64,000 nucleotides of DNA from the NCBI RefSeq assembly GCF_009914755.1, contig NC_060943.1; one strand, given 5' to 3'. The position numbers were made by a program, and so were the translations under genes. How positions within the stretch are numbered: position 1 is the stretch's first letter; every line of letters starts with the position of its first letter. The stretch comes from the human T2T-CHM13v2.0 reference genome, Homo sapiens. Below are positions 17,677-31,133 of the stretch, in pieces. Below the pieces are notes generated by a model that saw only the letters and a program-made list of their open reading frames with translations, was not told the origin of the DNA and did no database searches.

Positions 17677-18141
17677 TCAAACTTGTTGCTAACTTAACAT
17701 GTCATCATGGATTTGACAAGGTGTGAAGAGCAAAGCATAAAGGACCTCTGTGGTTACTATACCTGTTTGATGACTATGGCCCATGGTGATGAACAGGTTA
17801 GACGTTATTTCACTGGGACCTCTGTAAGTATGATACATTGTAACATAATTTCTACAATGGTCACATCTAATTATATCAATCCTTTGTTCACTGCACCTTC
17901 ATTAGTAAGAAGTATGCTTAATGGTAGCATTCATGGACTGCAAACAGACAACTTGGAAATAAATGAAGACCCAAATGAGAACAAACATAGCCTATTAAAT
18001 CAGACCACACCGTAGTAAAGGAGTCATCCACAATCTCTTGCACTCAGCAGAGCTTGAAAGGCAAGCAGAGGTGTAAAAAGCTTCATAGTAGATAAAAGGT
18101 AAAGTATTAGGTATGCCATGACTGGAGGCTATAGTCTTGAG

Positions 18142-18143
<2 letters not shown>

Positions 18144-18190
<47 letters not shown>
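18144..18190. repeat. (GT)23 microsatellite
   Basis: Perfect dinucleotide run. Confidence 0.98.
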
Positions 18191-18192
<2 letters not shown>

Positions 18193-19064
18193 GGGGTTAT
18201 TTAGAAGGTTGACATCCTATGTGATTGGCTAGTGATGCACTGACTTTCTCCAGTTGGTCCTAAGTTGAACATATGGGCAACAATTAGAAAGCTGTCAGTT
18301 CTTAGTCATGTCTTAGCCATTTTAAGCGAGTTGTTATGTGGGATGTTGTCTGGCTTCCTGGCCTTGTTGCTAGACATAGTATTCTGACTTGGGAGTGGTT
18401 ACTGTAGATACCACATTAGATTTCTGAATGGGTTGGTGTAGATTATGGGTCAGAGTCAATTTTTATATTTGGTGTAGCCGTTGTCCATTTGTATAGCAAA
18501 TTTCTCACACCTAAATAAGGAACTATCCACGTTAGTGGGATTTCTTATTTTTAACTGGTTATGTTGAAAATTAGTTTAATATTCATTAATTTCCCACAAC
18601 CCTTTCAAAGGTTTGTTTTTGCCAGACCTTCAGTTGGGCAGAGTTAATTTTTCCTTTTTTTTTTTTTTTTAAACTGGTTGGCAAACTAAATTGTAACGCT
18701 TTGGCCAAAAAATAGCCCTTTCCTTTTCTGAATATAAAGAGAATGGGTTTTAATTTTTGGTCTTTTCTTTGTTCTTCCTTCACTAATCCTGCAGAAGAGA
18801 CCATAAGGCATTATCCAAATCTTCATTTGTTGGGGGCATGGTTTTCAGGTAGTATTGCCACCACCTGATGGCAATACTATTGCTACTCAATTTTTCTCTC
18901 ACTGCTACTCAATTGCAGTGAGAGAAAAATAGCTCTAAATGCCGACTTTTTGTAGTGCATTGTAAAAAGCTGAATAAAGCCAGGGACGGTGTCCTGTACC
19001 TACAGTCCCAGCTGCTCTAGAGGCTGAGGTGGGAAGATAGCTTTAGCTCAGGAGCTGAGGCCTT

Positions 19065-19773
<709 letters not shown>

Positions 19774-20159
19774 AGAAAGATATTCCTCCTTCAACTCTCC
19801 ATCACATCCTGTGTGGGTCTTTTCTTTCTTGTCCCAACAGAAGCACACTAACGATCAAAAAAAAGTCTCCAGAGCCTCAGTATGTGTGTACTTGACAAGC
19901 ACAAAAGAGCTGACCGCTATGAATGGAGGACCAGTTCATTATGGTCAGCCATGTCGCTTCTGATGTTCTTCCTTTCGGGACTTGCTGTGCTTCAGAGAAT
20001 CTGAAACGACAGGTCTCTGAAATATTTCTCAGACTTGTCCTAGACTGCTCTCCGGGAAAATCTGGTTACTTGCAGTTTAGGAGTCAGCAAAGCCCCTCCA
20101 CGTCCTTAAGAGCCCCGGAACTGCATTTCTTAACGCTCCTCCAGGAGCCTCCAGCTTTT

Positions 20160-20900
20160 TTCCGTAAGGTCCGCGCGCCCAGCATTGTGAGGCGAGGCAG
20201 GCAGCAGCGTGGGAACTACATTACCCAGAAGACACTGCGGGCGACACAGGCAGCAACGTGAGAACTACATTACCCAGAAGACACTGCGGGGGCAGGGCAG
20301 CGAGTGTAGCCATTGGTCTAGCAGAGAGACGACTAATGAGGTCTCAATTGTGTGGGCGGGACTTCTGGCGGCGCCCTCATGGTTGCGTTAGCATGGCTAC
20401 CTAGGGATCTGTTCACTGATTTAGAGGGTCCCAGAGCTCTGGGTCGGGACTGAGGTGAAAGAGCGGAAAAACGCGAGAAGCGGTGTTCCTTCTACACAGA
20501 GGCTAGAGTGCGGATCGGCTGAGTCGGCTGCAGGCGCCCCTGCCTCCGTCAGCGTCCAGGTGACCGCCGTTCCCGCCCCGCTCTTCCCTGGGTGGACTGG
20601 AGGAGGCCGCGCCGATGAACCTGACCGAGGTGCGTGCAGCGTCCCAGGCCGCCCCGCCCAACCCCTCCTCCCAGTGCTGAAGTCCCAAGGAGCCGCCCTG
20701 CAGGTTAGGCCCTTGTGTCTCTAAGAGAGGGGCGTTCTTGTGTGGGGTGCCCGGGACTGGGACTGCGGTGCGATGAGGCGGGGGAGCTCCCGTCGGAGAC
20801 CGACACGTCTCTGGGGCTTGGAGGCACTGCAGAACGGGCGGCACTGGGGAGCCCGAGCGTCTTTGTCTCCAAGGAGCAGAGGTTGAGGCGGAGTCTCCCC
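20160..20900 (+). promoter_or_regulatory. ZNF749 CpG-island promoter with two ACTACAnnnCCCAG (ZNF143/THAP11-type) motifs, CCAAT and GC boxes
   Basis: CpG-rich; GAACTACATTACCCAGAAG at about 20213 and 20262; cattgg 20311; gggcggg about 20354. Confidence 0.85.
20615..20629 (+). CDS. ZNF749: ZNF749 first coding exon (MNLTE)
   Basis: gccgATGAACCTGACCGAG|gtgcgt in a CpG island; phase 0 fits the KRAB exon. Confidence 0.85.
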
Positions 20901-21889
20901 TGGAAGGGCAGTGGAGCCGCAGAGAGCCATAGAGGGCTGTGCAGGGAGGACGAATGGGAGGGTCACGCCCAGAGTTAGAAGTTTAAAGTTGGGGAAAACA
21001 GGATGTTGAACGGGAGCAGGGGGACCGCTGAGGAGACCCCTTGAGTTATGGTAGGGCTGGGCCAGAGGGGTTGCAGTAGAGGGGAGATGTGATGAGACTC
21101 TGGATGGATCTCAGAGATAGGGTCAACAGGATTTCCTGCTGCATCAAACATAGCTGTGAGGGAAAGTCGGTAGTGAATGGTGTCTTCCATAGGTTTTGTT
21201 TTGGCCTGAAAAATCTGAAAGAATGGAATTAGAGATATCAGCTTAAGGAGCGGGTTTCAGACAGAAGATCCTGGGTTGGATTTTGGGCGACATCACATGG
21301 GTAGGTGGACGTAATTTCCAAAGGTGAGGGAAGGTAGCTGGCCTGGAGCTTTAAATGAGTTAGAAGTTGTGCACTTGAGAAGTTGGCCTGTGGATCAGAT
21401 TGAGAAGGAAGAATCCTACATCGTTTTTTCATATGGGCTGAGGTAGGGGAGGGCTCAGATTTGGAGGAAAGACCATGGTAGGGAGGGCATCTCTGATACT
21501 CCCTGCAGAAGGGAGCAGATATGGGCTAAGAGTCTGGTCTGTTTCTGTTGAAAAAGAGGCCTGGATGGATAAGGAGTTGCCCTGGAATACAGAGACTGAG
21601 GCATGAGATAATTGTAGTCACTCCACCCTTCTAACTCAGCTGGCCCTGAGGGCCACTCTTTAGGGAACAAGATAAGGCCATGCAGCAACTGGGTCCAAAA
21701 CTGGGCAGGGCTTTCTCACATCCTCCACCACAGTTAAGGGCCTCCAGCAAGCTCCCTTTACTGCATTATATGGCAGGCTGACCTGTTTGCTGAACGGACC
21801 AGTAACTGATTGACTGCTCAGCCCCATCCTACAACTCATTAACTTAGGGATGTAAAAACAGGTAATTGACTTAAACAGTAAGGAACTAT

Positions 21890-22311
21890 ATCAATCTTAA
21901 ATAACCAAGCAAGTCAGAATCTAGTTTAAAGAGAGTTTATTCAAGTTCACATGTTGATGATAGCCATCTGGGACCATAGATTCAAGTTGTCCTGAATATA
22001 CACTTCAATTACCACAGTGACAAGTGTTTGCTTTTTTTTTAAGGAAAAAAGAAGCAGTTTCTGAGTTGTTTACCAATAACTTATGTTAAAATAAGATAAG
22101 TTTTTATTGGCTATACATTCTTATTTATATTATAGATTACAGAAACATGAAGATAATAGGTGAGACAGCTAGTCAGGAACAGAATGTCTTAAAACAGTTG
22201 TCCTCAGGCATAGGTTCAGGGATGTGACTGACATCTCATATATTCTTGCCTCTCTGAGCCTGATACATTTTGTGTAGGTCAGACAGGTCTGGGCTATTTT
22301 TTTTTTTCCTC
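21890..22311 (-). mobile_element. ERV1 (MER4-group) LTR, subfamily uncertain
   Basis: gtcagaatctagtttaaagagagtttattcaag resembles the reverse 3' end of MER4-group LTRs. Confidence 0.45.
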
Positions 22312-22479
22312 AGCCAATATCCTTCTAAATATGTACACATAGGCAATTGGAAATAGATGTAATCAATAATTTAAATGTATTAAAATATTTATTGTTAGAA
22401 TGTTAATTTACCTGTAACTCTGCTTATAGTACAAAGCTTTATATATATATCACATTTCCTTAAAACATTAAGAAGTGTG

Positions 22480-22807
<328 letters not shown>

Positions 22808-23129
22808 CTACTTTGTGCTGAAAACATGTACAAAACCATTAATCCTATAGAAAGTAATGCTTATACATAGTGTGTACTACTTATGCTTCTTGTCAATATG
22901 AGCCCTGTGAAGTGGGAACCCTTTTAATCTCCATTTTACACATAAGGGCACTGAGGCTTAGGGAGGTTCAGTCCTTGTCCAAAGACACAGAGCTGCTAAG
23001 AGGCAGCACTGAACTTAGGACTTGCTGTAGCTTCAGATTACTTTGCTCCAGTACAGGGCAGAGATGGTTGTACAGCTCAGCCTGTAGGATGCCACAGTAC
23101 TGTCCTGATACTCATGGCTTGCTTCTTCC

Positions 23130-23622
23130 TGTTACAGGCCGAAAGAATGAGGGTCGTGATCAACTCAGTATGCCACTGGAGGCTATATGAGTAAACAGCA
23201 AACTGTTTCTCATGAAAGCAGGATGTTGGCAAACTGACAAACTGCGTCTGCCACCCAGAAGGAATGCTGAAGGCAGTCACGACCCAGGCACAAGTGTTTC
23301 TTGTGATTAGGCATAATTGAAGCCTGTTAACAATAATGTGAACTTGTGATCAATTAAGCAGCTGACCAGTCGTTACCTCCTCCTCCCTTTCATCCTACCC
23401 AATAAATGTGGAGGGCTGTGGAAGCTCAGGGGCTGCCTTTGCTCACTAGAAGCAGGGAGCTCTCTTCTTCCCCAGTTCGCCTTCTTTAAAACAGTTTCTT
23501 TCGTCTTAAGTTTTCATTTCTACGTTCGTCCCCCTTCATTCAGTCTCGTAATGATGGTCTCAAGTAGTAACAGTAACTGTCGTAGTGATGGTCTCAAGTA
23601 GTAACTGTACAAGTCTGCCACA
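23130..23622 (+). mobile_element. Solo ERV LTR, probably LTR3 (HERV-K/HML-6 group)
   Basis: TG...CA ends; 6-bp TSD tcttcc (23124-23129 / 23623-23628); family name from recall. Confidence 0.8.
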
Positions 23623-23633
23623 TCTTCCCACAG

Positions 23634-23674
23634 GGTCCATTGCAGTGGCAGCAATGCATAAGGACCCTGCACAG
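23634..23674 (+). other. Vestigial 41-nt mini-exon in ZNF749 intron 1 (ends MHKDPAQ)
   Basis: cccacag|GGTCCA...GGACCCTGCACAG|gtaagt resembles the ZNF772 mini-exon (cccacag|GTTCCC...GGACCCTATACAG|gtgag). Confidence 0.7.
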
Positions 23675-24526
23675 GTAAGTCAAGGATTTCTCAGGCTCTC
23701 TACCCCAGGCCCCCACCACTTATCTCTCCGTTATTTTAGGCATCCTGATATAGGGAAAGGTGGTGTCCTGAAACTTCATGTTTTTCCCTTCCTTGGGTCT
23801 GAAGACTGTGGTTCCACGACAACCAGGAGTCAGAACTCAGCCTCTGGTTATAGAGTGGTCCTAGTTCCGACAACTGATGGGATAAGATGTGGCAGGGCGT
23901 TCAGGCACGGGATATAGAAAGTTCAAATGCTTACTGGTGCGACTTAGCTGGGATGTTTAGTGAACTGAAAATCCATGTTGTATCTGGTCGTGATAGAGTA
24001 TGGCAGCAGGGTAGGAGGTTGGGGCATACAGGGCATGCGGGATCGGCATGGAATGGCAGTCTAAGGTTCTGGGCCTTTCATCTGAGGGCGATGGTAACTA
24101 GGGAAGGTTTGAGGAGGGGGGAAAAAGAGGTGACCTGACCCAGGTTTTAGTGGCTCCCTCTGCCTGCAGAATGGAAGACCACGTGCAGGTGAGGGTGGAG
24201 CCACCGATACCTGGGTGATGGGTCCAGCAACAGCCCAGGTGGAGGTTGTTGGTGACTGAACGAGAGTGGCGGTGGTGGAAGTGGGAGGAGTGGGGGGCTT
24301 CTGTATGTGTTTGATCTAGAGCTGCCTGTATTTTATAACGTAGAGAGCAAGGAAGCTTGGGAGCTGAGATGGAAGAGGGGGTCAGGAATGGCCCCACAGT
24401 TTTGGCCTTATTTGGAAGGATGGATGTCCCAGCAACTAAGATGTAGTAAGTTCTGTAGTAGGGGGAGTGTTTATATAGTAGAGCATATGAGGAACCAAGT
24501 TTTGGCCAAGTCAAAAATGTTCCAGT

Positions 24527-24835
24527 GGCCAGGCATGGTGGATCACACCTGTAATCCCAGCACTTTGGGAGGCAGAGGTGGGAAGATTGCTTGAGGCCAG
24601 CCTGGGCAACATAGGGAGACTCTGTCCCTACAAATAATAATAAATAGCTGGGTGTGGTGGCGTCTCTCTGTGGTCTCAGCTAATCGGCGTGCTGAGGCAG
24701 GAGGGTCACCTGAGCCTGGGAAGTAAAGGCTGCAGTGAGCCATGATTGTGCCCCTGCACTCCAGCCTGGGCAACAGAGTAAGACAAACAAAAACAAAAAT
24801 CCAAGCCAAAACAAAAACAAAAATACACAAAAAAT
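24527..24835 (+). mobile_element. AluJ-like element
   Basis: Diverged dimer; approximate TSD aaaaatgtt(c/t)cag. Confidence 0.9.
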
Positions 24836-25880
24836 GTTTCAGAGACTTTGAGTGGAGGTGCCAGGCTGGCAGTTGTACACACAGGAATGGAGTTCATTGG
24901 AGGTGTTCAGGAAGGAGACATCCACTACATGATAGCTGAACTGTTGTGAAACTGGGTCAGATTTAGGAAGCAATGGTGTTAGTAGGAAGGAAGGAGAAGG
25001 AACAGACTGAGGACTGGGTGTCTCCACTGGGCACCTGGATGGTGTTGGTGGGTGTCACAAAGACAGATGAGAGAGTGGATCGACTGAGGGTATGTGTGTG
25101 TATGTTTGTGTGTTATGTTGGGGGCAGCCTGTGGAGTATAAGGAAGGGCTTTTGAGGGGAGAGTGGCCATGAGATGGATGGTGAGGCATCTCCACAAACT
25201 CACCAGGGTTTCATGGTGAGTCTTGCTTGGACCTGGGTAGTTTCATGCAAACTGTGAGACTACTTTAGGGGAAGATGGGATCAGCAAGGAGCATTGCTAG
25301 GCCTGGGGTGGGGATAGCATTGGGGAGGTCAGTGTATCTGGGCTTTGGATTAGGATTAGGGGGATAGAGAATGTTGTGACTGCTTATGGGAAAACATGTA
25401 CATTGCAAAAGGGGGAGACAGCCAAGATCTGGAACTCAGAGGAGGTATGCAAGAACTGTGAGGTTGTCACTTGGGTTTTGGGGGGGCTGAGGTTAAACCA
25501 GAAAACAGGACTGGGAAGGGAGACCTTCAGAACAGGGCTCGGTGCTGCCCCAGGCGCTAGGGAACATTATATTCTGGGCAGCCCAGGAGCAAATAGGGTT
25601 CTGGTGCACTGCAGGACTCCATGTACAGAGTGGCATCTTGGGAGGCCATGGAAATGCTCCTGGTTGGGCCAGGGCTGCTGTTAGTATTGCAAGAGTGGAG
25701 GCATTAGATACATGAGAGAGGTACTGTCCAAAGCGAGATGCGAAGGTGAGGAGGAGCATGAATGCGTGGTCCCAGCCCTGGCAATGGGCACGTAAGGGAG
25801 AAGAGTGAGCCTGAGTTTGGGTGTCTGGGAGGCAAGATCTGGAGACCCCAAGGAAATGGGGTGACAAAAGAAGGTAGGGC

Positions 25881-26173
25881 CGGCCGGGCGCAGTGGCTCA
25901 TGTCTGTAATCCCAGCACTTTGGGAGACCAAGGCAGGTGGATCACGAGGTCAGGAGTTCGAGACCCGCCTGCCCAACATGGGGAAACCCCGTCTCTACTA
26001 AAAATACAAAAATTAGCCGGGAGTGGTGGCAGGTGCCTGTAATCCCAGCTACTCAGGAGGCTGAGGCAGGAGAATTGCTTGAACCTGGGAGGCAGAAGTT
26101 GCAGTGAGCCACTGCACTCCAGCCTGGGTGACAGAGCAAGACTCTTGTCTCAAAAAAAAAAAAAAAAAAAAAA
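25881..26173 (+). mobile_element. Alu
   Basis: Full dimer; TSD ggtagggc. Confidence 0.95.
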
Positions 26174-26920
26174 AGAGGGTAGGGCGCCCTGGGCTAGGCA
26201 TTGATGATGCTTTTGCTTTCTCCCCACCCATCTTTGTGCTGTGCTGGACTCAGCAATCAGTAGCAGTGGGGGCGAGAGAAGTGCGAATGCTACCAGGATG
26301 TGGAGTCTCTTCCTCCTTGGGAAGTGGGTGGAGGCTAAGCAGGGGATGGATGTGTGTGGGTACTGGGGAAGCACTGAAGATTCTGGAGAGGGAAGTGTAT
26401 CAGTGATTGACCCGCTGGATTTTCATTTTTGGAAAAGAGTGAGTGATGACAGAGAGGCTAATGGCATTGAAATAATTTTAATTACTTTCATTTCCTTAGT
26501 GCAGGGGGAATGCCGTGCTGCACCAGGCCACGGGAAATACTAGATTTGGTTAGGAGGCAGAGGCATGACTGAAGGGAAAGCATATATCAGAGACTGTATT
26601 GGGGTTTTGGCAGGAAAGGCATGCAGGGTGGGATGAGGAGCTTAAAACTCAGTGGTTTGCATAAGTCTGGCAGCCTTAGGGCTAAGAGATTATCCCTTAT
26701 TGTGTGGTGACAGGGCTTGTGTTGATTAGGACAGGAGAAATAATCATGTATGAGCATTAGATAGTGGTTCAGCATATGGGATCTGGATCGCAAGGGAAAT
26801 GTAAAAACATTGGCTGTTAGTTTGGCCCTCCAATTCTTAGATTTTAAGTAGATAAATACAGATCTAAGGAAACACAGAATAAGAAGTTGTTCATAGACTG
26901 AAGTGTCATAATTTTGGCAG

Positions 26921-27047
26921 GATTGTATGGTCTTTGAGGATGTGGCCATATATTTCTCCCAAGAGGAATGGGGGATCCTTAATGATGCTCAGAGACACCT
27001 GCACAGCAATGTGATGTTGGAGAACTTTGCGCTTTTGTCATCAGTAG
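26921..27047 (+). CDS. ZNF749: ZNF749 KRAB-A exon (127 bp)
   Basis: ttttggcag|GATTGTATG ... GTAG|gtaagg; [42 protein letters not shown]. Confidence 0.95.
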
Positions 27048-27580
27048 GTAAGGCCTTCATACCTACTCTGGTGTCTTGTGCTGGGTGCTGTTTTTTTGCT
27101 CTTTTCCATGACAACTCTGTCTTTCCCACACCAGATTGTGAGTGCTACGTCCTGTCCTCTCCTGGTTTCCTGGCAAATGTGATAAGGCAGCCAGAGCTGG
27201 GCTGTGTATACTGTACCACCTCCCCTTAAGCAGCCCCAGCTTCTGTTGCTCTGAAACTTTACAAGATAAGGCTCGGAAGTCAGAAATCTTCAGGTTTCTT
27301 TAAGATATCCTAATGGCGGTGCCTGTCCCTGGTTTGATTACTCTGTCCAAATGTGTGAAACCTCTGTCCAAGGGTTTCCCTGTTCCCCTTGCTGACATAC
27401 TTGGAGACAGTGTCTGTGCTAGGAATTTCAGGCACCTCCCTGGTCACCACTTGTGAGGATTGTGAAGTTATTTCTGCAGGACGCTCTACTGGGTGTTCTG
27501 GTAGCTTTAGAATGCAGCATGTCCTGGGTTTATTGCTCTGTGTACATGCTGTCCCCTCCCTTTCCCTGCCTTTCCCCTAG

Positions 27581-27700
27581 CTGGACTTATGCCGCAGCTA
27601 GATAGTTGCTCACCTTGAGCAAGGGGGAGGTCTCTGGGTGCCTGGCAGAGTGGATAGTCCTCTATTAATGGCAAGAGACACTCAGAAGGACTTGGCCCTG
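27581..27700 (+). pseudogene. Fossil KRAB-B exon in ZNF749 intron
   Basis: ttcccctag|...ccctg|gtgggt; *IVAHLEQGGGLWVPGRVD; same TAG as the ZNF17 copy. Confidence 0.75.
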
Positions 27701-28326
27701 GTGGGTGAAAGCTGGGAAAGGATGTGATATCAAGGCTGGGTTCAAATCACATTGAGAACTTACCTTGTGACCACTATTGTTTGATGCAGGGCCACTGGCC
27801 ACTCGTCACTCTTCCTTTCCTTCCCTGTTGTTATTTTTACTCTGACTTCTGACCCCTGGCTTCCACCTCTGACCCCTCCTCTCCAGCCTTCATCTCTCCA
27901 CCATTCTCTTCCACCTCTCCCTTTGCAGTGCTGTCTAATGTATGACCTGTACTTTAGGTGTTATGAGGTCTGCGTGTATCCTTCAGTAGTCCATGAATAC
28001 TCGCTCTCACACAATCAGATCTCTCTGGATCTGGACACAACCGTCATGGCCTGTTGAAAGCCATTTATAGAGGAGTGAGTTGGAGACCCCACCTGCCCTC
28101 CCTGCATGGTACTTCTCCCTTGTGTCCTTACCACCAGGATTCCCCCACTACACACACTTCACAGGCCCACCTCTGAACACTGGGCCTTCCTCTCACTGGC
28201 CTTATTTCCTTGCCTGTGACCAGTCCTGTGCCCTCATTTGTGGGTGTGTCTCACAGACATTTGTGATGGGGCTGTCTCCTCCCTCCGGAGTTCACATGCA
28301 CTTCACCAGCATTTCTGTTCTTACAG

Positions 28327-30521
28327 GTTGTTGGCATGGAGCCAAGGATGAGGAGGTACCTTCCAAGCAGTGTGTTTCTGTAAGAGTGTTACAGGTCACA
28401 ATTCCAAAGCCAGCTTTGTCCACCCTGAAGGCCCAGCCCTGCAAGATGTGTAGCTCAATTCTGAAGGACATTCTGCACCTGGCTGAGCACGATGGAACAC
28501 ACCCTGAGCAAGGGCTGTACACATGTGCAGCAGAGCATGACCTGCACCAAAAGGAGCAGATTAGAGAGAAGCTCACCAGAAGTGATGAGTGGAGGCCTTC
28601 ATTTGTGAACCACAGTGCTCACGTGGGAGAGAGGAACTTCACATGCACGCAGGGTGGCAAGGATTTTACTGCCAGCTCAGACCTTCTCCAGCAACAGGTC
28701 TTAAACAGTGGGTGGAAGCTGTACAGGGATACCCAGGATGGGGAAGCCTTTCAAGGTGAACAGAATGATTTCAACTCCAGCCAAGGTGGGAAAGACTTTT
28801 GCCACCAACATGGGCTGTTTGAGCACCAAAAAACCCATAATGGGGAGAGGCCTTATGAGTTCAGTGAATGTGGGGAATTGTTTAGGTACAACTCCAACCT
28901 TATTAAATATCAGCAAAATCATGCTGGAGAAAGGCCTTATGAGGGCACTGAATATGGAAAGACCTTTATTAGAAAGTCCAACCTAGTTCAGCACCAGAAA
29001 ATTCACAGTGAAGGCTTTCTTTCAAAAAGGTCTGACCCCATTGAACATCAGGAGATTCTCAGTAGACCAACACCTTATGAATGCACCCAGTGTGGGAAGG
29101 CCTTTCTTACACAGGCTCATCTGGTTGGTCACCAGAAAACCCATACTGGAGAACAGCCCTATGAATGCAACAAGTGTGGGAAGTTTTTTATGTATAACTC
29201 CAAACTCATCAGACATCAGAAAGTTCACACTGGGGAGAGGCGTTACGAGTGCAGTGAATGTGGGAAATTGTTTATGGACAGCTTCACACTCGGTAGACAT
29301 CAGAGAGTTCATACTGGAGAAAGGCCTTTTGAATGCAGCATATGTGGAAAATTCTTTAGTCACCGCTCCACACTCAATATGCACCAGAGAGTTCATGCTG
29401 GCAAAAGGCTTTATAAGTGTAGCGAATGTGGGAAAGCCTTTAGCCTCAAACATAATGTTGTTCAGCATCTGAAAATTCATACTGGAGAACGGCCTTATGA
29501 GTGCACTGAATGTGAGAAGGCCTTTGTTAGAAAGTCCCACCTAGTTCAGCACCAGAAAATCCACACTGATGCATTTTCAAAAAGGTCTGACCTCATTCAA
29601 CACAAGAGGATTGACATTAGGCCAAGGCCTTATACATGCAGTGAATGTGGGAAGGCCTTCCTTACACAGGCTCATCTGGTTGGTCACCAGAAAATCCATA
29701 CTGGAGAACGGCCTTATGAATGCACTCAATGTGCGAAGGCCTTTGTTAGAAAGTCCCACCTAGTTCAGCATGAGAAAATCCACACTGATGCATTTTCAAA
29801 AAGGTCTGACCTCATTCAACACAAGAGGATTGACCTCAGGCCAAGGCCTTATGTGTGTAGTGAATGTGGGAAGGCCTTCCTTACACAGGCTCATCTAGAT
29901 GGTCACCAGAAAATCCAGACTGGAGAACGGCGTTATGAATGCAATGAATGTGGGAAATTCTTTTTGGACAGCTACAAACTTGTTATTCATCAGAGAATTC
30001 ACACTGGAGAAAAGCCTTATAAATGCAGCAAATGTGGGAAATTCTTTAGATATCGCTGTACACTGAGTAGACATCAGAAAGTTCACACTGGAGAAAGACC
30101 TTATGAGTGTAGTGAATGTGGGAAATTTTTTAGAGATAGCTACAAACTCATTATTCATCAGAGAGTTCATACTGGAGAAAAGCCTTATGAATGCAGCAAC
30201 TGTGGGAAGTTTCTTAGATACCGCTCTACATTCATTAAACATCATAAAGTTTGCACTGGGGAGAAGCCTCATGAGTGCAGTAAATGTAGGGAATTGTTTA
30301 GGACTAAATCGAGCCTTATTATACATCAGCAGTCTCACACTGGAGAAAGTCCTTTTAAGTTAAGGGAATGTGGGAAAGACTTCAACAAATGTAATACTGG
30401 TCAGCGCCAAAAAACTCACACTGGAGAAAGGTCTTATGAGTGTGGTGAATCCAGCAAAGTGTTTAAATACAACTCCAGCCTCATTAAACATCAGAGAATT
30501 CATACTGGAAAAAGGCCTTAG
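28327..30521 (+). CDS. ZNF749: ZNF749 terminal exon: 12 canonical C2H2 fingers in the array, one C2HC, many degenerate or half fingers
   Basis: cttacag|GTTGTTGG; ORF 28080..30521; 15+127+2195 nt = 778 aa plus stop. Confidence 0.95.
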
Positions 30522-30683
30522 TGGAGTGAATGCAGGAAAGTCACCAAAACTGTCACCTCATTCAGCACCAAAAGGTTCACATCGGACCAAGAACCTATTA
30601 ATATATGTAAATCTAATGTTGAAAGAGTTCAGATGGAAATCTGCGAGGATTTCCTGCTGGGAACTACATTAAAAACATTTATG

Positions 30684-30978
30684 TCCAGGCGTGGTGGCTC
30701 ACGCCTGTAATCCCAGCACTTTGGGAGGCAGAGGTGGGTGGATCACCTGAGGTCAGGAGTTTGAGACCAGCCGGGCCAACATGGTGAAGCCCCATCTCTA
30801 CTAAAAATACAAAAATTAGCTGGGCATGGTGGCAGGTGCCTGTAATCCCAGCTATTCAGGGGACTGAGGCAGGGAGCATCACTTGAACCTGGGAGGCGGA
30901 GGTTGCAGTGAACTGAGATTGTTCCATTGCACTCCAGCCTGGGTGACAGGGCGAGACTCTGTCTCAAAAAGAAAAAAA
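30684..30978 (+). mobile_element. Alu in the ZNF749 3' UTR
   Basis: Full dimer. Confidence 0.95.
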
Positions 30979-31133
30979 TTATAATTGTGGCAAATTACAG
31001 GTAACTTAAAATCTACCATCTTAACCCATATTTAACTGTACTGTTCAGTAGTGTTAAGTCATTCGCATTGTTGTCAATTAATATCCAGAAGTTTTTTCAA
31101 CTTAATGAAACTAAAACATTATACCCTTTAAAC

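Noticed and set aside
23550-23608. Short direct repeat tgatggtctcaagtagtaac
   Set aside because: Inside the LTR 3' region and probably a family feature; cannot show it is locus-specific.
28080-28326. N-terminal extensions of the ORF-track KZNF proteins (813, 634 and 392 aa)
   Set aside because: Intron sequence upstream of clear AG acceptors at 28326, 4667 and 59461.
30658-30670. tgggaactacatt in the ZNF749 3' UTR
   Set aside because: Lacks the CCCAG half of the motif; not CpG-rich; the ZNF17 paralogous site differs.
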